This document shows positions 1 to 11,660 of a stretch of DNA of 64,000 nucleotides, one piece after another. The DNA is taken from positions 1,364,001 to 1,428,000 of the forward strand of contig NC_092674.1 of assembly GCF_964355755.1 (NCBI RefSeq). The letters run 5' to 3'. Position numbers and translations under genes: made by a program. The notes under the pieces were generated by a model, which saw nothing but the letters and a program-made list of their open reading frames with translations, made no database searches and was not told where the DNA came from. The DNA comes from Antedon mediterranea (taxonomy: Eukaryota; Animalia; Echinodermata). Position 1 is the first letter of the stretch; every line of letters begins with the position of its first letter.

Positions 1-185
1 TAGGCGTAGTCATAAGGGCGACCTAAGGGCATATGATGAATTTGTCGATTTTATTAAGTTAACGAAACCGTATAAAATAATTAGTAACATTTTATTTGTA
101 TTAACAGTGACAAAATATATTGAATTGAACATGATTTTCACCCAAAATGAGTTAAATAGATGGATTCCACATTTATATTAGCATA

Positions 186-325
186 TCTTAGGTCGTCTTA
201 GGTTTCGTGATCTTAGGTCTTAGGGGGTCTTAGCTTTCGTGATCTTAGGTCTCAGGGGGTCTTAGCCTTCGTGATCTTAGGTCTTAGGGGGTCTTAGCTT
301 TCGCGATCTTAGGTTTCGTGACACC
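186..325. repeat. ~32-bp tandem repeat (tcgtgatcttaggtcttagggggtcttagctt), ~4 copies
   Basis: Directly visible periodicity; may be the subterminal repeat of an element running off the window start. Confidence 0.75.
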
Positions 326-344
326 CCTCCCTACAAAATGTAAT

Positions 345-608
345 ATATGCCTAATGAATAATTATCATATGTCTGATACTTACTACTCTTCCTTATAATA
401 TTTCTTACAGTAAATAAAATATCTGGAACCAGAGATACAATCCAGTCTCGACCGGACTGGCAGGTCAACAAAAGTTGACTAGTATTATATTAATAGTTAT
501 ATTATTAATATTAATATTTTTTTTTAAATATGCCATATGCCAGTCCGGAAGAATTCATCTACAGTTCTGTTTTATTCAGCTCCTTTCTCAGCAAATAATT
601 CGATCGAG
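345..608 (+). repeat. Diverged duplicate of the aGPCR 5' non-coding region (27062-27566)
   Basis: atatgcctaatgaa...cagtaaataaaatatctggaaccagagata...ggactggcaggt matches 27062-27190; ttctcagcaaataattcgatcga matches 27543-27565. Confidence 0.8.
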
Positions 609-799
609 GCGAAGCCGAGTTGATAGATAACCTTTCCACATTCACCAAATGCAATTATTTGTACCATTACACGAATATAAAACGTTTATTATTATTATGT
701 TTTATATAACATCTAAACAGATTCCTGTCATTTGTCATCCTGCCTAAATGTGTGACATTAAAATGGCAAACTCAAAAATGCTTATTTTTCTGGGGAACA

Positions 800-830
<31 letters not shown>

Positions 831-2189
831 CTAAATCAATTTAAAGTGCATTGCATCCATGTATCAAACATCCTAATAAAGTCGGTTTAAATTAATGAAA
901 TAAACATGTTGTAGTAATAAGGAGGATAACATTTTAATATGTAAGGGAATGTAGGCCTAATAGTTTGAGCTGGTTCAAGGTATTTCGAATTGAAAAGTTT
1001 TATCTGTTATCATGAGAATAATCGCATTGTCTTTGTAGGCTACATGACAAAAATAATGCATGGCCTACCTCCTGGGAGTAAATAATTAGATTTAGAAAGT
1101 TTAAAATTTATGAAAAATGTTTATGGGATAACGTTTGTGCTGAGACACAGATTCCATAATTAAATAATCTGGATATGTCATGGTCGATTGCTTTACAGTG
1201 TCGTAAAAACGCCATGGCAAGTTCTTTATTTTCAGATAATTTACTGATGCAATACTCTGGTAAATACAATAAAGGAAAAATATTCGAAGATAATTGATTA
1301 TTATAACCATGGACCTTGTTATAACAAACACATGCTCCATTAATTTGAAATAGAGCTCCACTCAGACTTTCTCTTATTATGTTTAAGTACAGATAAAATA
1401 TGGCAATATTTTACAAAAACTACATTTTTTAAGTAAATAAATTAATTGTTTAGACTTATTCGAATATACCCCTTTTTTTAATGTAAAAGAATTGGAAATT
1501 ATAAGGTATCATCCTCACAAATCGCGAAATTGCCGTGATTTTCAAGAAAATCGTACACATTGAAAACAATTTCAAGCAAAGATGAAGTATTAGGAATGAT
1601 ATTTTTAAATAACAGTTTTTACGAAAGTTATGAAAAAATAGTAATTGTCTTTGTGGAGCTGCTCCAGTTTAATACAGACATGATCTTAAAGTATAAAGTA
1701 GATAGAATAGTAGCCTAAACCACAAATTAAATTGTTAAAATACATAATAATGTATTCTTTATACAATATTTGTTTTATACGAATTATAATTATTTATAAA
1801 TGAGGAGTTAGCCAATAAATCACATTATTTATTTGAAGCCATACTCTTTTACTCCAGTTACTGTACTACTGTTACACTGTACCAATACTCAACATTGTAT
1901 TGAAGCATGTAGTAGTTGCATTGATTGGTATGGTTGCTATCTTTATAATTTATTTCTAGAAAGTAGGCCTATCTGCAGATGCCTACGCCGCATCCACATG
2001 CATCTTATTAATATACATACAGTATGCAATTCAGGCAATAAAGGCTGCTAAGTTGATATATTGATTAGGAATCTAAGCATTATAAAAAAAAATCAGTAAA
2101 AATCAGTAGTTTGTTAAGAACATTTGTATAGCTCAGTTACTGAAGAAATAGAAATAAACACTTGTTTGATAATTAATTGCATACTTACC

Positions 2190-2340
2190 ATTCGTGTTCG
2201 GATGATCCGTGTTCCGATGATCCGTGTTCGGATGTTCGGATGATCCGTGTTCGAATGTTCGAATGATCCGTGTTCGGATGTTCGGATGATCCATTTTCGG
2301 ATGTCCGTGTTCGGACGTTCGGAAGATCCGTGTTCGGAAG
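2190..2340. repeat. Imperfect minisatellite built from gatccgtgttcggat / gttcggat
   Basis: Visible repeated units; explains ORF 2185-2406. Confidence 0.8.
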
Positions 2341-3668
2341 TTGTTTAGTCATACCATGGAGGTTCACAGCAAGTAGATTTCGTTTCCATGGAAATCCCAC
2401 ATCCATTCAGCTTCAGGAGACGCAGATGATGTAAAGTTTTAACGATAATAGCTCTACGTCAGTTTTCATATTTTAATGCGTCCGTTTTAATTTTCTATTC
2501 GAGAAAACTCTAGCTTATTGCTTTAGATATACTGTAGTACGGTTTTATATGTTTTATATTAAGGCAAATTAAGGCAAATTGTTGACACGGGGTCACGGAC
2601 ATAGATTTCACATGAGGCTTTAATTATATCAATATAAGCACAATAATTCAATAGTTAACATTTTTATTATGTATTTAATACCAGTACCGTGGTAACCTTA
2701 CCTCAAAAATTAAATTCCTTAATTATTATTTTTATATATTAGAGATTTACGGAGCAGCCCAAGCGGAAATGTCGGCAGACTTTTCAGCGGAGAGGCAGTA
2801 ATCATCATCATCATCATATTTGAACCACTGGTGGACAAGAACACCAACAGAGGAAAGAATGTGTACAGTTTGTAACAATAATTTAGTTGAAAACGGATTT
2901 TATTTTTTACAATTTCCTTAATATAATTTAAGAAACTAATTACTTCCATCTTTTTACTTCAAATTTCCTTCTGTTAAAAAAATTATTTTATTAATGTCAA
3001 GTAAAAAAGAAAATATATATTCTAACCTTGCAAAGTTCATTTTCTTTGCTTATAAAAAGATAAAGCATTATTTAACGCACACATAAGTTTATTTTACTGT
3101 TTAAATTTATATTGATGTATTCGGGTCAATGGCCTGTATAATAAATGACCTGCAATGCTCCTAGGAAAGAAATAAAGAAAGAAAGAACCACTACCCTGTG
3201 GTCCATCTTAAATAATGAAATTCTTTAATTATTATTTGGCTTTTTTCGGGGCTACTCTTGTTATAGTTCGCTGTGTTGAGGATGATATTTCATAAAAGTA
3301 GGACCAATGGAAATTCCCATGAGTGTCTATAAGGTATTTAATACGTGTACATGAATACAGCTATTTTATTAGGGGCGAGATAATTTGCCAGGAATTATAC
3401 CAGCCCAGGCAAATACTGTACATAATAGTAGGGATGGTTGGGTGGGAAAATAAAATCTGACTGATGCTAGCGAGTTGCTGTAAAATCAATGATACATGTC
3501 CAGTTTGTTATACTATGTATAGTGAATCTGATCTATTTGATAGGGACACCTGTTTTTATAAATAAGTCGCCTAGTCTTTAAAGTTTAATTTTAATATTAG
3601 CACGGTAAACTTTTCATTATTTATTATTCGAACAAACAAGTGTACAATATTAATGATACCAATTCTCC

Positions 3669-3868
3669 TTAAAGGTCAGGTGCAGGCAAATGTCTATTGA
3701 TCATACATTCCAATAATTATCGATCTATAGTTTCCCATATGTTTCATAAATTTGGGGAGTTTATTTGTGTTACACGAGCTTGTTGAAAATAAGCACTTTC
3801 TTATCAGTTCAAATTACACATTAAAATCTCTATTCTTTTGTACACCAATGTTGTAAATAGAGGCATTA
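3669..3868 (+). mobile_element. Left-end fragment of a TTAA-flanked non-autonomous DNA element (same family as 58781-59373)
   Basis: Begins ttaa|aggtcaggtgcaggcaaa; ~200 bp closely similar to 58777-58990. Confidence 0.75.
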
Positions 3869-3916
3869 TGAAACATAATTATTTTCTACTGTGTAGCGTC
3901 TTTAATTGAATAATTA

Positions 3917-6442
3917 TTATTTAATTAAAGAGTCATCGGTTACCTTAGTCAAGTCTTTACGTTTTTCTTTCAACGATAACATATTTGCTTCCATTACTGA
4001 CTTGTACCTTAGATCATCATTTTTTTTACTCTGTGTACACATTGCTCTAGCAGCAGACAGCAGTTGCTCTCGTTGGAAATAACTTTTCTGAGAGAGCCAT
4101 TGAAATGTTTTGTTCGCCTTAAATAAGATTTTACTTTCTATATAGCTTATTCTGGAATTGGGTGCACGCTTAATATAGTGATCAAGAAGACCAAAAATTC
4201 TTTCCCCACTGATGTTGTTGCTGACACATGATCTCCCTTGTTTCACCACTTCGTCATCACATTCAAAATGGTGGCCTCCCGGCAGTTGATCTTGCAGCTG
4301 GCGCCTACATACTCGAATGACAACATCTAACAGAACAGTTAACAATCCCTTTACATCACTGTCATACTCTGTAGATGTTGTCAGGCTGTTAAACACGTCA
4401 TCTTCATTGACATGTATGTCTTTGAATATGGTTGTCTTCTCACGTCCAACAACTAATGACGAAGGGTCAACTTTCCACTCTTCTAACTTCTCCACTGCGT
4501 GCATGAATGGCTCGTTTGTTTCAAGAATGCTTTGGTCTCTCTCAACAAAAGTCATCCATGGTCCTGAAATGTATTTTCCTACTATTCCTAGCGCTCGGCA
4601 ACCTATTTGAATTTCACTGATTTTGCTATCAGCCAAGACTGCTTGATGCAGGTCATTTGTTGGCAGCCATACTTTGGTGAAGAATTCTTGCAAATATGGT
4701 GTTAAATAATAAACAGCGCCGGCATTTCTATAAAGAATATGAAATCGATTGCCCATCACCTTTGACAGTATCTGGCCTAGTTTTATATCATTTTCTTTGA
4801 GAAAACAATGCATCTCACTAGGTAAACCACTTCCATTAATGAAACAAAGCTGGCACACCGCAGCTATAAAACTCTGTGCCCCACTAAGACTTCGTCGTCT
4901 ATTTGACATCGACAACATCGACTTGTGAATTTCAGGAAAATTCTCCGCTTCCCAAGTGGAAATTTCTTTGTCACAGGACTTAGCGAATGTGTCTAAAGGG
5001 TGCATAGCACAGAAAAATTCGTTGAGGTTTTTATTACCTTCAGACTTTGCTTCTTTGATTTCACGATTTACAGCTTTATTTACAATACAACGGTCAGTCA
5101 TGGTATTTGAAATGTTATCAATTATCATCTGCGATGAATTGAATCCACTGGTGGCCTTGCTAGCTGCACCTAAATCATTGATTGTGTTGAAAATACCTTG
5201 GGCATTAGAAGTTGATGTGCCCGATGACAAAAGCGATATGCCGGTTGTATAAGTATCATTATCATCTGCAATCTGTACTTCTAAATAATGATTTCGTTTT
5301 TTTGTGGTACCATCATATTTGAGCGTCGTATTGTTTGCATATTGCAAAACCTCGCTCACATGTATTCTTGCTAGTTCTCTCATCTCTCGTAGCATTCGTA
5401 AGCAGGTGACAGCTTCTGGTAGTATACCAATATTAATGCCAGCTAGTTCTGTTACAGCATGGTGTAAAACAGACGAAATATTTGATGCAGGAACTTCTTT
5501 TTCCAAACAATGGTACACCGCACGACGAACACACCAATTAAAAGTCTTTCCATTTTTTTTTGTTTTTATGAAATTAGGAGATGATAACTCTGCAACTTCT
5601 TCATTTAGTTTGAGGACTTCTTCATTCATTTTTTTGCATTTATCACGTTCCTTTTTCAAATATGTTCTAACTAATTCCTCTTGTGATTCCAATTGGTCAA
5701 TTTTCTTCTTTAAATTTTTGACTATGGTTCGTTTTTCTCTCTTGATTTTTGACAGTGAAAGCTTAGCTTTCTTTAACTGCTCGTCTAAAACATCAGGTTT
5801 CAATTTTTTTATTTCTCTCTTCATCCCACGTATCTTGCATTTCAAAGATTCAATTGTCTTGGTTTTTCTTTTGATAGTTTGATTTAGTCTTTTTCGTTGG
5901 ATTTTTTTCGGCTTCTTTTCCAGTTTGGTTGTTAGCTTCTTTTCCAGTTTGGTTGTTAGCTCTCTTACAGAATCTTCAAGTAGTTTAATTTCTTCTGCTA
6001 ACTTCTGATTGACAGATTGTTGTGTTATGCAGTCTGCACAAGAAGTGAAAGGAAATTTCCGTTTGATGCCTTTTTTATTCACTTTTTCTGCTACAGGTAC
6101 TGGAAGGACAAATTCTTCTGCCAAAAAAACTTCCAATTTACTTCTTTCACTATCAGTCTTTCTTTTTGAGATATCTTGTCTATTTTTATTGATTTTATTT
6201 ATTTTTGAATACAAAGAACTTCCAATGTTTACATTCACATCGTTGCTTTTAAAAATCTTTGCAATCCATCGAACAAGTAACGATATTGGTTTTTTTAATG
6301 TACGTACCAGCTGTCTCATTTCGAGTACCGCACCATTTGTTAGTTTAACCCCACAAAAGTCATGCTCTTCAGCCTCTAATTTGGCTAATGATAGGCCAAG
6401 AGAGGCCGAATATTTACCGATAAAATCAACAGAGTCCTCCAT
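3917..6442 (-). CDS. 841-aa DDE/RNase H-fold transposase-like protein with N-terminal basic coiled coil
   Basis: Uninterrupted ORF; motifs LKYDGTTK (D), TMTDR (D), FFCAMH (CxxH), NNISGERIFG (E) in the order typical of hAT/P/MULE/Kolobok-group transposases; acceptor tttcacag at 6484 just upstream of the ATG. Superfamily not determined. Confidence 0.7.
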   Translation of the reverse strand: MEDSVDFIGKYSASLGLSLAKLEAEEHDFCGVKLTNGAVLEMRQLVRTLKKPISLLVRWIAKIFKSNDVNVNIGSSLYSKINKINKNRQDISKRKTDSERSKLEVFLAEEFVLPVPVAEKVNKKGIKRKFPFTSCADCITQQSVNQKLAEEIKLLEDSVRELTTKLEKKLTTKLEKKPKKIQRKRLNQTIKRKTKTIESLKCKIRGMKREIKKLKPDVLDEQLKKAKLSLSKIKREKRTIVKNLKKKIDQLESQEELVRTYLKKERDKCKKMNEEVLKLNEEVAELSSPNFIKTKKNGKTFNWCVRRAVYHCLEKEVPASNISSVLHHAVTELAGINIGILPEAVTCLRMLREMRELARIHVSEVLQYANNTTLKYDGTTKKRNHYLEVQIADDNDTYTTGISLLSSGTSTSNAQGIFNTINDLGAASKATSGFNSSQMIIDNISNTMTDRCIVNKAVNREIKEAKSEGNKNLNEFFCAMHPLDTFAKSCDKEISTWEAENFPEIHKSMLSMSNRRRSLSGAQSFIAAVCQLCFINGSGLPSEMHCFLKENDIKLGQILSKVMGNRFHILYRNAGAVYYLTPYLQEFFTKVWLPTNDLHQAVLADSKISEIQIGCRALGIVGKYISGPWMTFVERDQSILETNEPFMHAVEKLEEWKVDPSSLVVGREKTTIFKDIHVNEDDVFNSLTTSTEYDSDVKGLLTVLLDVVIRVCRRQLQDQLPGGHHFECDDEVVKQGRSCVSNNISGERIFGLLDHYIKRAPNSRISYIESKILFKANKTFQWLSQKSYFQREQLLSAARAMCTQSKKNDDLRYKSVMEANMLSLKEKRKDLTKVTDDSLIK

Positions 6443-7079
6443 GATTCATCTAGTAGGATCTATTATGTGCTGATTTGAACAATCTGTGAAAAAGAAGTTT
6501 GATTTCATATAGTATTATGATGATGCTCAATGATCATCTTTCAAATTACTAAAACCCGTTGTGAAGATTTCAATAGAAAAATTCCATAATAATATTAAAC
6601 AGCATAATTTCATTAAATAAAAAAGTGTGTTTGTTTGATGTACGGTTTTCCCTAGTTATCCGGCCATGATGCCACAATTAACATTTTTTTGGGAGGTAAA
6701 GAAAACTATTTTTTGACCTGGCCTATCTCATTTTCCCTTCTCATTCAATATCAAATTCAGTCAATGATTGAATTAAGATGATACTTACATTAATCTCCGA
6801 GGTATCGTAGTATGCTACACATTACCTAAGTAAGAAACGTAATAATTTAATTATTATTTATCCATATTATATATTTTCAACATGACTATGAATTATTATT
6901 ATTATTATTATTGATTCTTTGTATCATTTTTACACAGAGCCTTTCTACTTGACAACAGAACATTTGTTAACTTTTATTTAGACCCTTATTTGGACTTTCT
7001 CTAATAACTTTCTGGGTAACATCGGTATTATGCGGCGTAACATACGCGCAATTCTATGAAATTATTAACCAAACTATTA

Positions 7080-9106
7080 TTTCAAAATCAACTTTTTTTT
7101 TTTTTTTTTTTTTTTATTTTATCATATAATACATTACAAAGGAAAAACATAATCAAATAAAAAATTAAAATAAAAAGCAACAAACAAAAACAACAAAGAT
7201 ATCCATCTAACAAATTAAATAAAGGTTCATAAAAATTATTCTACTCTATAAACCATTTTATATTTGATTTATAAATTCTTCTAATTTTATCCATTTTCTA
7301 TTAAAAATACTGTCCTCAAAATTCTGATGATAAATAAATTTTTCTGTTTCATAAAACCTTTTTAACTCGTTCATAACCATTTTGATAGTTGGCTTACATT
7401 TAACTAGTTTACATTTATAAATAAATGATTTTACAATTAGAATAATTGCATTAATGGCTTTTAAATTAAAAAACTGATGCGCATCTTGGTATCCGAAAAT
7501 TATGCTCTCTTTACTAAAAATAAATTGCACTCCAGTTTTTTCTGAAATTTTTTCCTGGAGGAGGTTCCATATCCTTTTTACTATTGGACAATTACAGAAC
7601 AAATGCTGAATGGTTTCAATTTTACCATCTCCAAATGAGCACATTGAAGTTTCTTTTATATTCATTTTAAATAATTGTTCATTTGTTGCAATTATTCTAT
7701 TTACAATTTTATATTGAAAATATATTAAAGCAATATTCATTGTACACGTATGTGGAGCTAGGTAGATTGTTTTCCATTGTTCGTTATTGAATACAAATTT
7801 ATTTTCTGCCCATTTCTTTTGTGCTTTCCATGATTTAAACATTGAGTTATTTAAAACATCAGAAAAAATACGACATCCCTTTCTTTGTTGAAAGAGTACT
7901 TTTATGTGAAATGGAATATCTGGCAAAACTGTTTTTTTAATTTCACATATCATTAAATTGTTAAATTTTTCCCTAAGAAGCCTTTTTAATCCTATTAATT
8001 TTATATAATTTATCTTAATACCATAGGTATCTTCGACTTCTTTTTTATTCATAAATTGCCCATTGCTGTTAAACAAATCATTAACAAACAAAATACCTGC
8101 TTTTTCCCAATTTCCATATCTTATACATTCGTTGCCTATTCTTATTACTTCATTATTCCAAATTTGCATTCGTAATAGCTCGTCAACAGACTTTGGATAA
8201 TGAATAGAAATAAAATTACTCCATGCATCTATTACCTCTTTCCAGAAGAGAATTTTAACATTATCTCTAATGCTGGACAGACGTTTACAATTCGTTTCAA
8301 GTTGCATAGAGTTAGACAAATTTGTTATGTACTTAAATAGCTTAAATATTGGGTTGTCTTCGGATTTATTGTTGAAAATTCTACGCAACCAAGTTATTTT
8401 TAATGACATAAAAAAAAAGTTCAAATCTACCATTCTTAATCCACCATGTAAGTAATCACTTTTCATCTGATGCCGGTTTATTTTATCAGGTTTGTTTTGC
8501 CAAATAAAACGAAAAAATAAATTATTAAGACGTACTACGTATTCATTTGATGGGTTCGGTAAGGACATGATCATATGAATGAGTTTTGGTAACAAGAGTG
8601 ATTTAATAATAGTTATTTTACCAATTACTGTCAAGTTTCTTTTAGACCATTGGTTTATCATACGCTCTATCGTTAAAAACACTCTTTCATAGTTTACATT
8701 AATCATTTGAACTGCATCTAATGAAAAGTCAATACCTAAAATTGAAAATATGGCATTGCCTATCCAGTTTATCTTTTTTCTTGTTTTTAACCTTACATTG
8801 CTACCTCTCTTACTACCTATCCATACAACTTTTGTTTTTTCTTCATTTATTCTTAAACCGGAAATACTCTCGTATGTATCCAGTGTATCGAGTGTTGCAT
8901 GCAGTGATGCTTCAGACCCATCAAGTATAATGGTAGTGTCGTCTGCATATTGAGATATTGTATATTCCTCATCTCTAATTTTAACTCCCTTAATTAGTTT
9001 GTTTTGCTTTATTAAATTATTCAATATTTCTGCACAAATTATAAAAATATATGGAGAAAGAGGGTCTCCTTGTCTACAGCCTCTTTCAATTTTTCAAAAT
9101 CAACTT
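7080..9106 (-). mobile_element. 5'-truncated L1/Tx1-type LINE with poly(A) tail and target-site duplication
   Basis: T-run at 7093-7115; TSD tttcaaaatcaact at 7080-7093 and 9092-9105; reading frame starts mid-RT (ERGCRQGDPLSPY). Confidence 0.93.
7258..9024 (-). CDS. C-terminal part of LINE ORF2 (RT YADD, thumb, zf-RVT)
   Basis: QYADDTT, GGLRMVDL, CSFG..ETIQHLFCNC; no internal stops but N-terminally truncated. Confidence 0.8.
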   Translation of the reverse strand: MNNLIKQNKLIKGVKIRDEEYTISQYADDTTIILDGSEASLHATLDTLDTYESISGLRINEEKTKVVWIGSKRGSNVRLKTRKKINWIGNAIFSILGIDFSLDAVQMINVNYERVFLTIERMINQWSKRNLTVIGKITIIKSLLLPKLIHMIMSLPNPSNEYVVRLNNLFFRFIWQNKPDKINRHQMKSDYLHGGLRMVDLNFFFMSLKITWLRRIFNNKSEDNPIFKLFKYITNLSNSMQLETNCKRLSSIRDNVKILFWKEVIDAWSNFISIHYPKSVDELLRMQIWNNEVIRIGNECIRYGNWEKAGILFVNDLFNSNGQFMNKKEVEDTYGIKINYIKLIGLKRLLREKFNNLMICEIKKTVLPDIPFHIKVLFQQRKGCRIFSDVLNNSMFKSWKAQKKWAENKFVFNNEQWKTIYLAPHTCTMNIALIYFQYKIVNRIIATNEQLFKMNIKETSMCSFGDGKIETIQHLFCNCPIVKRIWNLLQEKISEKTGVQFIFSKESIIFGYQDAHQFFNLKAINAIILIVKSFIYKCKLVKCKPTIKMVMNELKRFYETEKFIYHQNFEDSIFNRKWIKLEEFINQI

Positions 9107-9849
9107 GTTTTTATTTTTGTGAAATAAAAATGGCGTGCAACGATATAAATTACAAGTGCATATTTAATATTTTAAAATTTGCAAAATTAATGTCTAATTT
9201 AGTGCATGTTTCGGGCCAATTTGAGTAGGTATGTTCCATTTTCCAGAATGCTTAGCGCCGAGTTTGTACGCGCAGCAAATAACGTTAAAAAACAGATTTT
9301 TTTGTTCATACCTTTTGTGATCAATTCCATTAAAAACTCTAAATGGGAAATAAGGACTTTCACTTCAATATAAAAATTATATACAACTGAGTTCCTTTTG
9401 AATTTTTTGAATTTCTTTATTTGGTAATCAAGGTTTAAAAAAAACCACTAAAATATAGTACATAGAAAATAGAAAAACAATTGCACGGAAAAACAAGCCT
9501 TGATTACAGGAAGAATGCCAAGAAAAGTTAAAAACTTATTTCCACTTGGGTCCTAAAAACAAGGAACTGATAAAGAGAACATACAAATTACAACATAAGA
9601 ATCCTTAAAAAAACGTATAGATGTTAAAAATTACAATTTATCTTACAATTATCTAAATTTAATCCTAATTTACAGTTTTCAAAAAAGATTTATTATAAGA
9701 GCTATATATAAATATATATTTAATGCACTAAAAGTAAAAAAAAATTAATCTTACATTTATTTCATATTTATTCTTCATTTACAGATTACAGAAAATTATT
9801 GATTTATTGCATTATCCTAAAAACTTTTTATTATTTATTGCACATGAGA

Positions 9850-10330
9850 ATTAAATGTTGAGGAGATGCTTTTTTGGCGCCAATTTAAAATTTTCTAATG
9901 AAATATTACTTTTAACATTATAATGGTATAGCATTCCAGGCTTTTATTGAGTTGTAATAGAAAGTTGTTTGTTCGCAGCCCTTAATTATTGGAATTCTAT
10001 AATTTAAATTTGTGGCACTCGTGTCCTTCTAGAGTGATAATCAACAATGTTACTATTTAGATACATTAGGGCAGAATTATTAACAATTTTATATACAAAA
10101 TACAAATAGCAAACTCATTAATGAATTAATTTCTGTTTTTTGTTTTTTAATATATAAATCATGTATAACATATAAAATAATGTTGAAAAACGAGAATGTG
10201 TAAAAAATGATATGGAACCTATACAGAATAGAACTTTTTAATTTAATTAAGAATGAATACTCATGTAACATTATCAATGCTAGAAAAAAATGGGCTAACG
10301 TCAAAGAAAAACTGTCAGAATTTTTTCAGT
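9850..10330 (-). mobile_element. Decayed 3' part of a CR1/L2-type LINE ORF2
   Basis: Minus strand reads SIKAWNAIP..ISLENFK, typical of CR1/L2 ORF2 C-termini; many stops. Confidence 0.5.
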
Positions 10331-10534
10331 AATTTAATGGAAATAAAGTATATTGTCTGTATGTATATGTATATTATACTTGTAATCTGTGTATATACAT
10401 TTCCATTTTATTACTTGACAGTTTTTATAGGTTTTTTAAGCCCATGTATATAGGTCTAATGTATTATATTTGTGTACATTTTTTATCGTTTTTGGTTTTA
10501 CTGTTAATTTTATGCATATGTGTATATATTGTAT

Positions 10535-10640
10535 GGGTTTATATGTATATATATGTATATGTATATATATATGTATATATATATGTATATTTGTATGTAT
10601 ATATATGTTTGATATATGTTATGTACTTCTATATATATAC
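10535..10640. repeat. (TA)n/(TATATG)n microsatellite
   Basis: Directly visible. Confidence 0.9.
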
Positions 10641-10939
10641 GTGTGAATATACAAATATATAAACTGAAAGACGCACAAATTATGATAAATAAGTTAAGAA
10701 ACGTTTCATAACTAAACAACTTTTTTATTAAATATGCAATATATTTTGTAATAGAAAACATAAAAAAAAAATATGCAGAAAATAATGTAAATATATATGA
10801 GATTCTGTAATTGTTGTTTATGTAACATATTGAATGAATAAAGGTGGTAGTTAACCACAAAAGATAAAAAAAAAAACAATTTTATATACATTGCATAAAC
10901 TTTTGAACTTAACTCTTTCTGGGAAATTCAGATATCCGA

Positions 10940-11660
10940 TTGATTTCAGCTCAGATTGGCCAACATGAGATCTTGAATCTGATTGAGTAATAAATCTGAA
11001 TATTTTGTTTTGAATATTTTGTTTTGAGTAGTCTGAAGCCAGTGTTTGTGTACCTGAGAAAAGTCATTATACCATGCTGGGAAAGCATAGTCAAAAATAG
11101 GCTGATTTAGAGCTGAAGAGAGAAGTTTCCTACTACCAAAATCAAGATATTTGGACAGCCGAAATAGTATTAGGGTTTCGGTCTGAATACAAGGGACAGT
11201 CTTCTGCATATAGCAGCATTTTACATTTTGATTCAACTGATGAAACAACATCATTTATGTAGACGAGAAACAGCAAAGGTCCCAATATGCTCCCTTGGGT
11301 GACGTCATGTGCAATATCCATATTTTTTTATTTACCTCCCTTTATTTCAACAATTTTTTCCTATTAGATAAATAAGAACGGAACCATTTAGTTTAATCGC
11401 ATCCGATTCTTTATGAAGAGTTTATCACAAATAATGAAGTGATCGACCGAATCGAAGGCCTTTCGAATGTCCAGCAAAACCATACCTGTAAGAAACTCAT
11501 TGGCCATTTTTTATTTCACATGATCATGATAAATGAGTAAGAACAGGTTTCAGTAGAAAACCCTTCTCTGAAACCAGACTGAGATTCTGTTTTCACATCA
11601 TTTCTTCCAGGTGTCTGGCTAGCTGGACATACACAGCCTTTTCTAGTATCTTAGAGGTAC
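10940..11660 (-). mobile_element. Decayed CR1/L2-type reverse transcriptase fragment
   Basis: Minus-strand remnants LDIRKAFDSVDH (~11440-11475) and VTQGSILGP (~11278-11305); frameshifted. Confidence 0.75.

Noticed and set aside
4317-6473. Plus-strand ORFs of 97-192 aa
   Set aside because: Antisense shadows of the 841-aa ORF.
10089-10860. Tyr/Ile-rich short ORFs
   Set aside because: Microsatellite and AT-rich low-complexity sequence.
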